A model generated the notes under the pieces. It made no database searches. It saw only the letters and a program-made list of their open reading frames with translations, and had not been told where the DNA came from. Shown here piece by piece: positions 7,698 through 17,661 of a DNA stretch of 34,112 nt. Both the position numbers and the translations under genes were made by a program. Positions within the stretch are counted from its first letter, which is position 1. Every line of letters starts with the position of its first letter. Source of the stretch: a virus (taxonomy: Duplodnaviria > Caudoviricetes); the IMG/VR virus record IMGVR_UViG_3300020042_004176, positions 1-34,112 of that record. One strand, 5' to 3'.

Positions 7698-10600
7698 ATG
7701 GCGTGGACTCCCCCCAGCGATGCTGTAGAGGCGCAAGCGTCCTCTGATACTACCGCCAGCATGGGGTGGACTCCGCCTTCTGATGCCATAGTAGCCCAAC
7801 CTGCGGCCCCTACAGGCTGGACTCCACCCACCGACGCAGTAGTAGCAACTGCACCCAAACCCGTTGATACCCTCGACGCCAAACTTGCTGCGCAAGAGGC
7901 TAAACGCGCCCAGTTCGCCCCGGGCGAAGAGCTCAAAAAGGGTGTCATGAAAGCGGCCACCTCGGACTTGCCGTCCTTGTGGGAGCAGGCGGGGATCATG
8001 AAAGACGTTGGTGCTGCACTGACGGTCAAGCAGCGCATGGACCTATTCGACAAGATCGACAAGGGCGAGATCACCAGCAACGATCAACTGCGCGGGTTAG
8101 ATATGACTACGGGGCAGGGGCGCATGTACCTTGCCGCGCCTCCAGAAACACGCGATAAGCTCAAGGGTCGCCTGACTAACGAGCTGGCCAACCGCAAAGA
8201 GTTTGTGAAGGCGTCCATCGACACAATCAATGCGTACAAACAGCAGGCCAAGAAATACGCTCCTCGGGTTGAGAAAGCCTCGGACATTGGCTCTGTTACC
8301 GATTTCACAAACTTCGTAGCCAGTAACGTCGGCTCTGGTGCAGTTCAGCTTGTTCCACTAATGCTTGCTGCTGCTACAACAGGTGGAGTAGGTCTGGGCG
8401 CGATTGGTGTGGGTATGGGCACTTCTGAGGCTGTGGGCAACCGCTTGCAGTTTCTAGAGAAAGAATTGGCGCAACTTCCCCAAAATCAACGCGCCGACGC
8501 TGTCATCAACTACCTCGAAAAGACTGGCGGTACATCGCTGGCCGTTGGTGTTGTATCCGGTGCGCTCGACACGGTTCTTGGGCCTGCGGCAACTTTGGTC
8601 AAGCAGTTGGCAAGCAAAACACTCAAAGATCAGACACGCAAAGAAGCTGTCAAGGCTGCGGCAAAAGAAGTGCCCAAAGTCGTCGCAGGTGAAGCTGTCA
8701 CTGGCGGTGCCCAAGAAGCTACTCAGATTGCGGGTAAGGTCAATGTCGGCGAACGCAAGGAGTTTGCAACCAAAGAGACTCTGGTTGACGTGCTCAACGC
8801 CGCCGCTGCCGAGGCTGCGGGCTCACTTGCTGGTGCCGGTGTAAACGTAGGTACTGCCGCCCTTCGCGCCAAGGGTGCACAGCCAGAAGAAACCAAGGAG
8901 CGCATTGACCCCACTATGGGGGACATAGACCTCAAGCCAAAAGCACCCACTACTGAAGCTCGCACTGCTGATCTGGTTAAGAAGTACCGTGGCATGGGTA
9001 TGATGAAGGACGACGCCGAGATGCTGGCGCGTCGGACCGTTGCTGAGCAAGATGCAGAGGCTGCAAAAGCAGCCGAGACGGTCGTGGAAGAAACACCCGC
9101 CGAGACGACGCTTACGCCTACCGAAGAAACTCCAACTGCTGAAGTTGTAACTGAAGAAGTTGAAGCTGCGCCGACGCTGGAGTCACTCACTGCCGACCTC
9201 ATGGATCAAGGGTTGGCAGAAGATGAAGCGCGTGTGTTGGCGCAGATGCGCCTCGACAAAGAGAAGCCAATCGTCACGCAACCGACGCAAGCCCCGTCGG
9301 CAATCGTCAGCCGCGAAGCACCTCCGACGCTAGAATCGCTGACCACAGAATTCATTGACCAAGGACTGACCGAGGACGAAGCTCGCGTTCAAGCCCAACT
9401 GTTTTTGGATCGGAGCAAGAGTGCGCCAACTCAAGGGAGACAAGATGTTGCAAGACCTGACACAGAGCCAAGTGGAGTCAGCACTACAGTACCTGCACCT
9501 GCAACCGACAAACTTCCCACCGCCCGAAGCACTGAACCACCTCAACCAGATGGAATGGTTTCTACTCGACAGGATGCTGGCGTGCCTGCTGCAAGAGAAG
9601 GAAAGCAGCCAATTACAGTAACCTCAGAAGATCAAGCGCGTGCGCTTACGGATGAGCAGCTAGATACATTATTGGCCGAACACACGTTTGCGCGTGACGA
9701 TGATAACGAGTACAAACTTTTAAAGGCTGAACAAACTCGGCGTAAGCAACCAAAGTCAAGTGCACTGACTGAAGACAAAACCGCAGACGTATCTAGCACA
9801 CTCGATTACTTTGAGAAAAGGGATGCACTGATTAAGCAACTTGATGAGGCGAGTGAAGAAAGCTCGGCTTTGCTGGACAAAATGATTGACTTGGATAGTG
9901 TTCGCGCAGCAAGTGTTTTAGGTGCTGATGGCAAGCCGTTGGTTCTTGATGAGAACGGTAGATATGACTCAGACAAAAAATACGAAGCCAGAAAAACTCT
10001 AGAAGCTGAGCGCGATAAAGCCTCAGCTAAATTTGATGCTCTCATTAAACAGATTGACGAGTTGGATGCGGCTAGAGCTGCCGCAAGAGCTGCCAAAACC
10101 AAAACCGAAGGAACCACGACCGATGGCACTGAGACCACTGAAACCGTCCAAACAGAAACGCAAGAACAAAAAGCACCAGCAGCAGGAGGAGTAGCTCCGG
10201 CTAAGCCAAAACGCGGTCGGCCTGTCACCCTGACGCCGGAAGAAAAAGCGGCTACGGAAGCGGATAAGAAGGAAGACCGAGCTGCTCGCGGTCGGCATAA
10301 GCGTGCCGTTGACAAGGCTGAGGCTTCCCTTCAGAAAGCTATTACTCCTCTGGACGAAGGCGAGTTCGCCGACGACACCGAGTTAAAAGAAGCCCAAGAC
10401 GACCAGCGCTCCGAGCGCCGCAACGCCGTCAAAGAACTTCTGCGCGTATCTGAAGAGTCTGGCCTCAAGCCCGAGGGCAAGCGTGCACGTCAAATCCTGC
10501 GCGATGCAAAGATTCCTCAGACCGAGATCGACGACATCAAGCGTGGGCTAGAGCGTGCCAAGAAAGCACTTGCCGACAAGACCAACTTGTTAGGCCCAGC

Positions 10601-13600
10601 CTCGTCCACCGACCGCAAGGGTGCAGCAGTTACCAAAGCAGACCCGGCCTTTGCTGCGTTCAAAACTGGTGCACAGGCCATTGGCCACATCATTAAGACT
10701 GGCACCCGGTTTCAAAAAGCCATTGCAAAGCGCCTGCGTAACTTTGTGCGCGACGTTGAGTTTGTCGTGCTTGAGCAAGACTCAGAAGTTCCAGCTCAGC
10801 TCCAGCAAGCTAAGTACGCAGACCAATGGGAACGGTCACGCGCCCTGTTTATAGAGAACTTCAAGACCGGCAAGCGTGTGGTCTATGTGCGTGGCGCGTC
10901 GTTCGGCAACTCCCAAGGAGCCAACAACATCACCGTGCTGCACGAGTTGCTGCATGCTGCCACGGTCAAGAAAATTGCGCTGGCGCAGGAGTACATCAAC
11001 AAGGGCATCAACCTCAACATACCTCTGGTACGTGCGTATCAGGACCTGCTTGCCACCATGCGGGCAGCGCAGAATCGTCTGGTTGAGATGAGCGACAACG
11101 GTGAGATGACCGACGCGCTTGCCGATCTGTACGAAAGCACAGACGGAGACATCGTTGCAGACCCCCGTGAGTTCTTGGCCTACGGCATGTCGGAAGAGCA
11201 GTTCCAAGAGTTCCTGATGACTGCTGAGGGTGTGCAGGAAGACACATCGTTCTTCACCCGTTTTGTGGACTCCATCCGCCGCATGTTTGGCATGGACGAG
11301 TCGGACGTAAACGCTCTGTCTGACCTCATCATCGCCACTGACTCCTTGCTCACTTCCCGCATCCCTCGCGGTGATTCTCTGCCCGGCACAGGTCTTGTGT
11401 CGCAGCTCAAGAAGAAGTCGGCCAAGGTTTCTGCCGCCGAGCGCAAGCTCCTGCGCAGCAAAGACGCACAGGAAGTTGCCGAAGACATTGGCATCCTTAC
11501 GACCCTGCGCGACCCTCAGTTGCTTGTGGATACGCTCGGCGCTCTATGGGAGACTGCCAACGTCAACAAGCTCAGGGCCTTGCTGCCTGCGATCCAGACC
11601 AATAACTTGGTGGAGTGGGCACAGAACTTGGGCATCCCTGAGCTGGGCCGCACTTGGCGCATGAACCAAGACATGAGCGCAATGCGCAACAAGATGCTGT
11701 CTGCGTCTGCTGCCGTAGTGGACGAATGGCTAAAGATTCAACCCGGCATAATCGGCAAGCTGCGCGGCAAGAAGAACGAACTGACTGCTCTGGCCGATGT
11801 CATGCACTACTCGACCGACCAAAGGATCGACCCGACCAAGAGCACCAAGGACCCTGTGCTCAACAAGATGTGGAACGCCCTGAGCCCTCAAGCGCAGAAG
11901 GTCTACACAGAAGTCCGTGACTTCTATCAGGCGCAGTACGACCTGTACCGTGGGTTACTTGACGAGCGGATTGCCAATTCCAGCATCCCCGGCGATATAA
12001 ACGACCCAGATACTCCCAAGGGTCAGTTAATGGCGGAGATCAAGAAGGCGTACGAGAACGGCAAGGGCATGGCCCCGTACTTCCCTCTGATGCGCTACGG
12101 TAACTTCTGGGTGCGCGTTGGCAATGGTAAAGCCAAAGAGTTCTACATGTTCGAGAGCCAAGTGTCTCGGGAGCTGTTCATCAAGAAGCGCGTGCGCCAA
12201 TTGCAAGACGCTGGAGATAGCCGCACTGAAGCGCAGATGCGTGAAGACCAAGACCTCGACAGCGGTAACGAGCTGTCCGGCCTGCGCAAGTCCAGCATCG
12301 AGAACAGCACCATGCTCAAGAACATCTTTGAGCTGCTCGACGTGCCCGGAGCCAACCAAGACATTGATGCGCTCAAGGACCAGATATACCAGTTGTATCT
12401 GACCACGATGCCGGAGAACAACTTCCGCAGACAGTTCATCCACCGCAAGGGCACTGCTGGTTTCTCTGGTGACGCACTGCGCAACTTCATCACGTCGTCC
12501 GTGAACATGGCAAACCAGTTGTCGCGGATCAAGTACGGCTATCAGATGCTCAACTCCATCGACACTGCACAAGCGTCGCTAGATGGAAACCCAGATAAGC
12601 CACGGCTGGAGATGCTGGTCAAAGAGATGGGCAAGCGCGTTGAGATGGACGTGTATCCGCAAGTGGACAGCCCGTTCCTGAACACTGCAGCCAACTTCTT
12701 GAACAAGTCGGCGTTCCTGTACTTCATGACCTCGGTGAAAACTGCCCTTGTGCAGCTCTCGTCGTTGCCTATCTTTGTTGTGCCGGTGCTCATGTCACGA
12801 CATAACCCGTTGCAGGTGGCCAAGGAGATGGGCCGTTTCATGCTGGTCTACAACCAGTTCGGTGTGGTCAAAGACGGCAAGCTGGTGATGCCGACCATCG
12901 AGGCATCCAAAGAGATCAACATGAATGCGGACGAGCGTGCGGCCATTGAGGCTATGCACGACCGGGGGATTGCGGAAGTCACGCTGGCGTACGACTTGAT
13001 GGACCGTCAAGATAAGCCGACTACCAAGTACTCTAGTGCGTTCAACACTGGAACCAACTTGCTGGGTGCACTGTTCCATCACACCGAACGCCTCAACCGC
13101 GAAATCACATTTATGTCTTCGTTCCGCCTGAGCCGCAACGAGGGAATGAGTGTTGAGGACGCCATCGAGCAAGCAGTGAGCGATACGCACACAGCCCTCG
13201 GCAACTTTACTGCCCAGAACCGCCCACGGATCATGCGAGCCCCAGCCGGGCGCGTGCTGTTGCAGTTCAAGATGTTCCCGATGTTCTTGTCTACTTACCT
13301 GTTGCGTAACGGGTATCGTGCTACTGCGGGTATGGACGCAGCCGCAAAGAAAGAAGCGCGGATTCAGCTCATCGGCACAGTCACCATGTCAGCGTATCTT
13401 GCTGGTTACGTTGGTGTTCCCGGTGCGAGCATGGTGCTTGGTGCTATCCAAGCGTTTATCAATTCGATGCGAGACGAGGACGAGGAAGACGATCCGCTGG
13501 AGAAGCGCGACGTGGAGTTTTACATTCGGTCTGTGTACATACCCAACTTGTTTGGCGACTTGAAGATTGGCGACAGAAAGCTGGGTGAACTTTTAGACGC

Positions 13601-14309
13601 AGGTGCTCTTGACTCCCTTAGTGGGTACGCTATATCCAACAGCATGTCTATGAACAACATGTGGATTCCCGAACTCAAAGAGCAGAAGACTGCGCAAGCC
13701 ACGATGATGGACTACGCCATGTCTTTGTTGGGGCCAAGCGCAAGTCTGTACCTCAAGCAGTTTCCCGCCGCCTACGACGACTTCGCCGCTGGCAAAACGC
13801 TGCAAGGGTTTGAAAAGATGTTACCCGCCGCGCTGAGAAACCCCGTAGTTGCGTACCGCTATTCGCAAGAGGGTGCACGCACTGCAACCGGTGATGTGTT
13901 GAAACATGCTGACGAGTTCACCAAGGGCCAGATTTTTGCCCAAGCTCTTGGCTTTCGCACCGAGGGTCTGGCTGCTGTGCAAGAAGCAAACTTTAAAGCC
14001 GAAGCAATACGCCAGAAGGTCATCCAAGACAAGGGCGCAGTACGTGCCCGCCTTGACCGAGAGCTTGAGCTGGGCTCCGACGAGGGCGTGGACAAGGCAA
14101 TGGAGAAGCTGCTGAAGTTCAATGCTCGCAATCCACAGTCGGCGATCAAAGCAGACGAGCTGTCCAAGCAACTGCTCAACCGTGCCAAGCAACGTGCGAT
14201 GTCCGATCGCGGGTTCAAGGTGGATAAGGATATGTACCCCTACCTCGCCGAGCTGCTCGACTTGTCCCGTGAGAAGATTGAGCGGGAAGCTGCGAAGCCT
14301 GAGAAGTAA
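7698..14309 (+). CDS. Large polyvalent virion/ejection protein (2203 aa) with zincin-like HExxH metallopeptidase and PLxRFG-like domains
   Basis: HELLH at 10941-10955 with a downstream REFLAYG; YFPLMRYG at ~12078-12101; AT-hook-like KPKRGRP at ~10203; WTPPSDA x3 at the N-terminus; last gene of the structural operon. Confidence 0.8.
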   Translation: MAWTPPSDAVEAQASSDTTASMGWTPPSDAIVAQPAAPTGWTPPTDAVVATAPKPVDTLDAKLAAQEAKRAQFAPGEELKKGVMKAATSDLPSLWEQAGIMKDVGAALTVKQRMDLFDKIDKGEITSNDQLRGLDMTTGQGRMYLAAPPETRDKLKGRLTNELANRKEFVKASIDTINAYKQQAKKYAPRVEKASDIGSVTDFTNFVASNVGSGAVQLVPLMLAAATTGGVGLGAIGVGMGTSEAVGNRLQFLEKELAQLPQNQRADAVINYLEKTGGTSLAVGVVSGALDTVLGPAATLVKQLASKTLKDQTRKEAVKAAAKEVPKVVAGEAVTGGAQEATQIAGKVNVGERKEFATKETLVDVLNAAAAEAAGSLAGAGVNVGTAALRAKGAQPEETKERIDPTMGDIDLKPKAPTTEARTADLVKKYRGMGMMKDDAEMLARRTVAEQDAEAAKAAETVVEETPAETTLTPTEETPTAEVVTEEVEAAPTLESLTADLMDQGLAEDEARVLAQMRLDKEKPIVTQPTQAPSAIVSREAPPTLESLTTEFIDQGLTEDEARVQAQLFLDRSKSAPTQGRQDVARPDTEPSGVSTTVPAPATDKLPTARSTEPPQPDGMVSTRQDAGVPAAREGKQPITVTSEDQARALTDEQLDTLLAEHTFARDDDNEYKLLKAEQTRRKQPKSSALTEDKTADVSSTLDYFEKRDALIKQLDEASEESSALLDKMIDLDSVRAASVLGADGKPLVLDENGRYDSDKKYEARKTLEAERDKASAKFDALIKQIDELDAARAAARAAKTKTEGTTTDGTETTETVQTETQEQKAPAAGGVAPAKPKRGRPVTLTPEEKAATEADKKEDRAARGRHKRAVDKAEASLQKAITPLDEGEFADDTELKEAQDDQRSERRNAVKELLRVSEESGLKPEGKRARQILRDAKIPQTEIDDIKRGLERAKKALADKTNLLGPASSTDRKGAAVTKADPAFAAFKTGAQAIGHIIKTGTRFQKAIAKRLRNFVRDVEFVVLEQDSEVPAQLQQAKYADQWERSRALFIENFKTGKRVVYVRGASFGNSQGANNITVLHELLHAATVKKIALAQEYINKGINLNIPLVRAYQDLLATMRAAQNRLVEMSDNGEMTDALADLYESTDGDIVADPREFLAYGMSEEQFQEFLMTAEGVQEDTSFFTRFVDSIRRMFGMDESDVNALSDLIIATDSLLTSRIPRGDSLPGTGLVSQLKKKSAKVSAAERKLLRSKDAQEVAEDIGILTTLRDPQLLVDTLGALWETANVNKLRALLPAIQTNNLVEWAQNLGIPELGRTWRMNQDMSAMRNKMLSASAAVVDEWLKIQPGIIGKLRGKKNELTALADVMHYSTDQRIDPTKSTKDPVLNKMWNALSPQAQKVYTEVRDFYQAQYDLYRGLLDERIANSSIPGDINDPDTPKGQLMAEIKKAYENGKGMAPYFPLMRYGNFWVRVGNGKAKEFYMFESQVSRELFIKKRVRQLQDAGDSRTEAQMREDQDLDSGNELSGLRKSSIENSTMLKNIFELLDVPGANQDIDALKDQIYQLYLTTMPENNFRRQFIHRKGTAGFSGDALRNFITSSVNMANQLSRIKYGYQMLNSIDTAQASLDGNPDKPRLEMLVKEMGKRVEMDVYPQVDSPFLNTAANFLNKSAFLYFMTSVKTALVQLSSLPIFVVPVLMSRHNPLQVAKEMGRFMLVYNQFGVVKDGKLVMPTIEASKEINMNADERAAIEAMHDRGIAEVTLAYDLMDRQDKPTTKYSSAFNTGTNLLGALFHHTERLNREITFMSSFRLSRNEGMSVEDAIEQAVSDTHTALGNFTAQNRPRIMRAPAGRVLLQFKMFPMFLSTYLLRNGYRATAGMDAAAKKEARIQLIGTVTMSAYLAGYVGVPGASMVLGAIQAFINSMRDEDEEDDPLEKRDVEFYIRSVYIPNLFGDLKIGDRKLGELLDAGALDSLSGYAISNSMSMNNMWIPELKEQKTAQATMMDYAMSLLGPSASLYLKQFPAAYDDFAAGKTLQGFEKMLPAALRNPVVAYRYSQEGARTATGDVLKHADEFTKGQIFAQALGFRTEGLAAVQEANFKAEAIRQKVIQDKGAVRARLDRELELGSDEGVDKAMEKLLKFNARNPQSAIKADELSKQLLNRAKQRAMSDRGFKVDKDMYPYLAELLDLSREKIEREAAKPEK
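9445..9621 (+). CDS. Possible overprinted 58-aa protein in the +1 frame of the large virion gene
   Basis: AAGGGAGA RBS 4 nt before ATG 9445. Product MLQDLTQSQVESALQYLHLQP...NQMEWFLLDRMLACLLQEKESSQLQ has a helical pattern, while the host frame here is low-complexity P/T/S. Confidence 0.45.
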   Translation: MLQDLTQSQVESALQYLHLQPTNFPPPEALNHLNQMEWFLLDRMLACLLQEKESSQLQ

Positions 14310-14336
14310 AAAAGCCCCCGGCGTAAACCGGGGGCT
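14308..14336 (-). terminator. Rho-independent terminator between the convergent late and replication operons
   Basis: Stem AGCCCCCGG (14313-14321), loop CGTAAA, stem CCGGGGGCT (14328-14336). The A6 at 14308-14313 gives a U-tract on the - strand. Confidence 0.85.
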
Positions 14337-14382
14337 AAAGAGGAGCGTCGGCAACTGCGGTAACCAACAAAATAAGTGTAGC

Positions 14383-14577
14383 TCAAACGCGCCACACTCG
14401 CAATCCTTTTACGCCGTCTTCGACTACCACCTTTGTGACTACCTCTATGCGTAAGCGTTTGACTACGCGAGCAACTGTTGCACGAGCTGCTACGACGTCT
14501 ATGCAAGGGACAAAAAACGACCGCCCCTTGCGGAACTTCTGCCAGTTAAGCTGGTACGTCACTGTCTCGATTTTCAT
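14383..14577 (-). CDS. Small hypothetical protein (64 aa)
   Basis: ATG at 14577 overlaps the 3' end of the primase gene. Ends in GLRVWRV just before the terminator. Confidence 0.65.
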   Translation of the reverse strand: MKIETVTYQLNWQKFRKGRSFFVPCIDVVAARATVARVVKRLRIEVVTKVVVEDGVKGLRVWRV

Positions 14578-17401
14578 CGCTTGTTGCAAGTTGGTCGATG
14601 TGGATAAAGTCAAAGCTCTCGGCGTTGAAGCGCAGCACGCGCACAGCGGGGGATAACACTTTCATGCCCTTGGCCATTCGCTTGTTTGTTGTTTCCTTGA
14701 AGGCTCCCGTAGTCGTGAGCTCTCTGATGGTGTCCTTGTAATTTATTTGGTACTTGACGCAGTAGTCCTTGAAACTCTTGGCAGCGATGAAGAGTTCCTT
14801 TGTGTCTGGCTCATAGCGTACCAGCAGTTCTCCCTTCGGCTCCATGAGCGGGAGCGATGACAGGTTTGTCCGAGCGTCGGTCAGTCCGTTGACCACAAGC
14901 GTGTTGGCCATGTGCGCGTTGATGTATTCACCAAGTATGGACGCAGTTGAGTGGAACTCTGCAGGCTTCACATCGCCGCGCATCTCGTTGAGCATCTTAA
15001 TTGTCCACTCGTAGATCGCACGCATGTCGTAGTCGTGGAGCCCAAGGTTCTTGGCAATCAAGCCACCTGCGATGTTGCAAGCCGCTGTGGCCGACCAAAA
15101 GCGTTCTTTGGCTGTGACCTGCAGTTCTTTGTCTATGCGTGCTTGAACTTTCCTAACCAAGTCAGTTGCCGACTCCAAGTTGTTGACGAGCCACTGCAAA
15201 TAGACTTCCCCGGCGTGGCCAAAGTTCTGCATCAACTGGTGGTCAAACATGTGCTTGCCCTCGGCTACCGAGATAACCGTGGTGGGGGCAATCTTGTACT
15301 CAAGCAGTCGCATGTTCTCGCCGTCTGGGGAGTTCTTGGCCGCACCCAGTTTTTCGTAGAACGATGCGTTCGACGAGGTAAGCGTGATGCCCTGCCACTT
15401 GGTGTTGTTGATCCGCATCTCGTTGCTCTGCGACTTCATGCGGTCCTTGCCTCGGCCTTGGCTGATACCGTAGATCAGGTCAGAGAACTCCATTGCCGGG
15501 ATGTTCGTGATCTCGTCGATTGTGTTGGCCAAGTTGTTCATGACACCAAGGCGGAACATCTTGGAGTTGGCTGTGTCTTTCCAGATAGACGCAAGCTCAG
15601 AGGGGTGCCCCATAATGCTGTTGCACACGTACAGTGTGGTTGACTTGCCCGTACCGGAGTCTTTGTGGATCAGGTTGATGATCGCGCCCTTCATCCCGGT
15701 GAACTTCAGCAACGGGGAGCCAAAGCCTGTGAGCGCCGCAAACGCATTGGGCTCCAGCCCCGGCCTGTTGTACATGTTGAACACTTCTTTCCAAGCGTCC
15801 ATGTTGCCTTCAGTGCGGATGTTGGCTGAGATTTCTCTGGTTGTTGCAGACGGAGGGCTGTAGAACACGCCGTCCTTGGTAATCTCCCTATCCCCCAGAA
15901 TGAACTTGCTGTCGTCGTCGATCCACCCAAACTGTGTCCTCATAATCTCAGCTTTCTTTTTGAATTGCAGGTTCTTGATAAACGTAGTCAGGTAGTTCGA
16001 CAGGGAAGTCATTTGCTTCGTAGTCGGCACCACACCGTAATGCGCCAGAACTTCACGTAATTTTTCTTTGACCACAATGGCCGTTGCGGGGACAGCAAAT
16101 TCTCTGACCCCGTCTTGTGGCAGGTGCAGCCGCATAAGTGCGACCTCGCCCATCTCTGAATGCTTCATGCGCTTGACCACATACAGGTCGTGCTCGTACA
16201 CAAGTGTCGGCTCTTCTTCGTCGTCTTCTGCCTTCTTGTACACGCCGCCGTTCTTACCTCGGAAATAGGGGAACGGATACTCTGGAATCCGTACCGTCTC
16301 AACGACGCCGTCTTCGTCCTCTACCTCGACTTCGCCGTCATCGTCGGCTTCAGCTATCTCGATACCCAGAACAATCGGAGACTTGATCTTGCCGTCATGC
16401 GGACACCCGGTGCACCCGTTGGGGTTGAGCTTCTTGAACGTGGCGCAGTGGTGCGGCCCACCGCTCTTTTGCAGGTTAGCTAGCTTGCGGTCTACCTCGG
16501 CAGCGTTGTAGCCTGCGTATTGGTCTGACAGTTTGTGTGCAGCCCACGGGCCGTCAATGCAGTGTGCAGCAATCGACAGCGCAGAAAACCACAGAGGCTC
16601 TTCCACATCGTTTTGATTCTCGTAGCAGTGCAGCAGTTGGTTGCACCCATCGCCTTGGGCCGAGCGGATCATGATGGTCTGAAACTTCTTGACCTTGTTG
16701 CCCATCAAGGCTTCCATCATGGGGCTAACCGAGCGCGGCAGGAAGTCAGGGACCGTGTCCTTTGGCTCCGGTGCACCAAGCAGCTCTCTCAGCTCTTCGT
16801 AAGTAAACCGGGGGGTGTCTGTGTTCCACACCGCAACAGCCTTGGGGTTTGCCTTGTCCTTGAAGTTGAACGAGTTCAGTGGGCGCAGCACCCGAGACGC
16901 CTCAAACACGGAGGAGTCAACGATCAAGTTGTTTTCTTCGCACAGCTCACGTAGGCGTTGCGATAGTGGCTCCCACTCGTTGCGGGAGATAGTCGTATCA
17001 AGCAACCAGTAAGCGTGTATGCCGTTACCGGAGTTGATCAGGATTGGTTTAGGTAAGCCGACTGCCTTGCAAAAACGGGAGAACTCTGTGAGTCCGATCT
17101 GTTGGTCGAGGTAGCCCTTGATGATGCCCTTCTCGTCGGGCACGCCCTTTGTTGGGCCGCAGTCGATGTCCATCCACAGTGCTTTGAAGAACTTGGCGTT
17201 CTCATGCGTGCGGTTGTTCTCGGGGCCAAACTTGGCGCACCCGAAATAGGCGTCGATGTTGTTCTGGACAAACTCTTGGATCAGCTCCTCAGCTTCTTCT
17301 CTCGTGTCTGCAAACCGCTGGTCTGCATACCGACTAATCCCCATCACGCAGTACCTGCCTTCTGGCGGTAGCACTGCGTCTAGCAGGTCAAAGTTGTGCA
17401 T
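14546..17401 (-). CDS. Primase-helicase (N-terminal RepB/AEP-like primase, Cys cluster, DUF927-like P-loop helicase)
   Basis: LWMDID and INSGNGIHAYW primase motifs; HHCATF..GCTGCPH Cys cluster; Walker A SGTGKST; Walker B TIDE. Confidence 0.85.
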   Translation of the reverse strand: MHNFDLLDAVLPPEGRYCVMGISRYADQRFADTREEAEELIQEFVQNNIDAYFGCAKFGPENNRTHENAKFFKALWMDIDCGPTKGVPDEKGIIKGYLDQQIGLTEFSRFCKAVGLPKPILINSGNGIHAYWLLDTTISRNEWEPLSQRLRELCEENNLIVDSSVFEASRVLRPLNSFNFKDKANPKAVAVWNTDTPRFTYEELRELLGAPEPKDTVPDFLPRSVSPMMEALMGNKVKKFQTIMIRSAQGDGCNQLLHCYENQNDVEEPLWFSALSIAAHCIDGPWAAHKLSDQYAGYNAAEVDRKLANLQKSGGPHHCATFKKLNPNGCTGCPHDGKIKSPIVLGIEIAEADDDGEVEVEDEDGVVETVRIPEYPFPYFRGKNGGVYKKAEDDEEEPTLVYEHDLYVVKRMKHSEMGEVALMRLHLPQDGVREFAVPATAIVVKEKLREVLAHYGVVPTTKQMTSLSNYLTTFIKNLQFKKKAEIMRTQFGWIDDDSKFILGDREITKDGVFYSPPSATTREISANIRTEGNMDAWKEVFNMYNRPGLEPNAFAALTGFGSPLLKFTGMKGAIINLIHKDSGTGKSTTLYVCNSIMGHPSELASIWKDTANSKMFRLGVMNNLANTIDEITNIPAMEFSDLIYGISQGRGKDRMKSQSNEMRINNTKWQGITLTSSNASFYEKLGAAKNSPDGENMRLLEYKIAPTTVISVAEGKHMFDHQLMQNFGHAGEVYLQWLVNNLESATDLVRKVQARIDKELQVTAKERFWSATAACNIAGGLIAKNLGLHDYDMRAIYEWTIKMLNEMRGDVKPAEFHSTASILGEYINAHMANTLVVNGLTDARTNLSSLPLMEPKGELLVRYEPDTKELFIAAKSFKDYCVKYQINYKDTIRELTTTGAFKETTNKRMAKGMKVLSPAVRVLRFNAESFDFIHIDQLATSDENRDSDVPA

Positions 17402-17404
17402 GGG

Positions 17405-17659
17405 TCAATCTAGCCAGTTGTGGGTTTTATTTTTTAGTGCGGCTATGTGCTCGCGGATGTACCCATGCCGAGAAGGTAGGGGAGCACCGTCCCCCTTGAA
17501 CCAGTTGTAAATCGTCATGCGGCTCACGCCGAACGCAGCCGCCACGCGATCTACACTTACGTCGGCACGGATACACTCACGGCCCAAGGCCACACCCAGA
17601 GACCTAGCACTTGCTTTTCTGTTCGCTTGCACCAAGCTCTGGCTGTAACCGTGGCTCAT
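17405..17659 (-). CDS. Cro/XRE-like helix-turn-helix protein
   Basis: SVDRVAAAFGVSRMTIYNWFKG is a canonical HTH signature; RBS GGAG upstream. Confidence 0.8.
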   Translation of the reverse strand: MSHGYSQSLVQANRKASARSLGVALGRECIRADVSVDRVAAAFGVSRMTIYNWFKGDGAPLPSRHGYIREHIAALKNKTHNWLD

Positions 17660-17661
17660 GA

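Noticed and set aside
6012-8080. Long antisense ORFs (6012-7325, 437 aa; 7136-8080, 314 aa)
   Set aside because: Shadows of GC3-biased sense genes, with no RBS or recognisable motifs. The same applies to most other antisense ORFs in the track.
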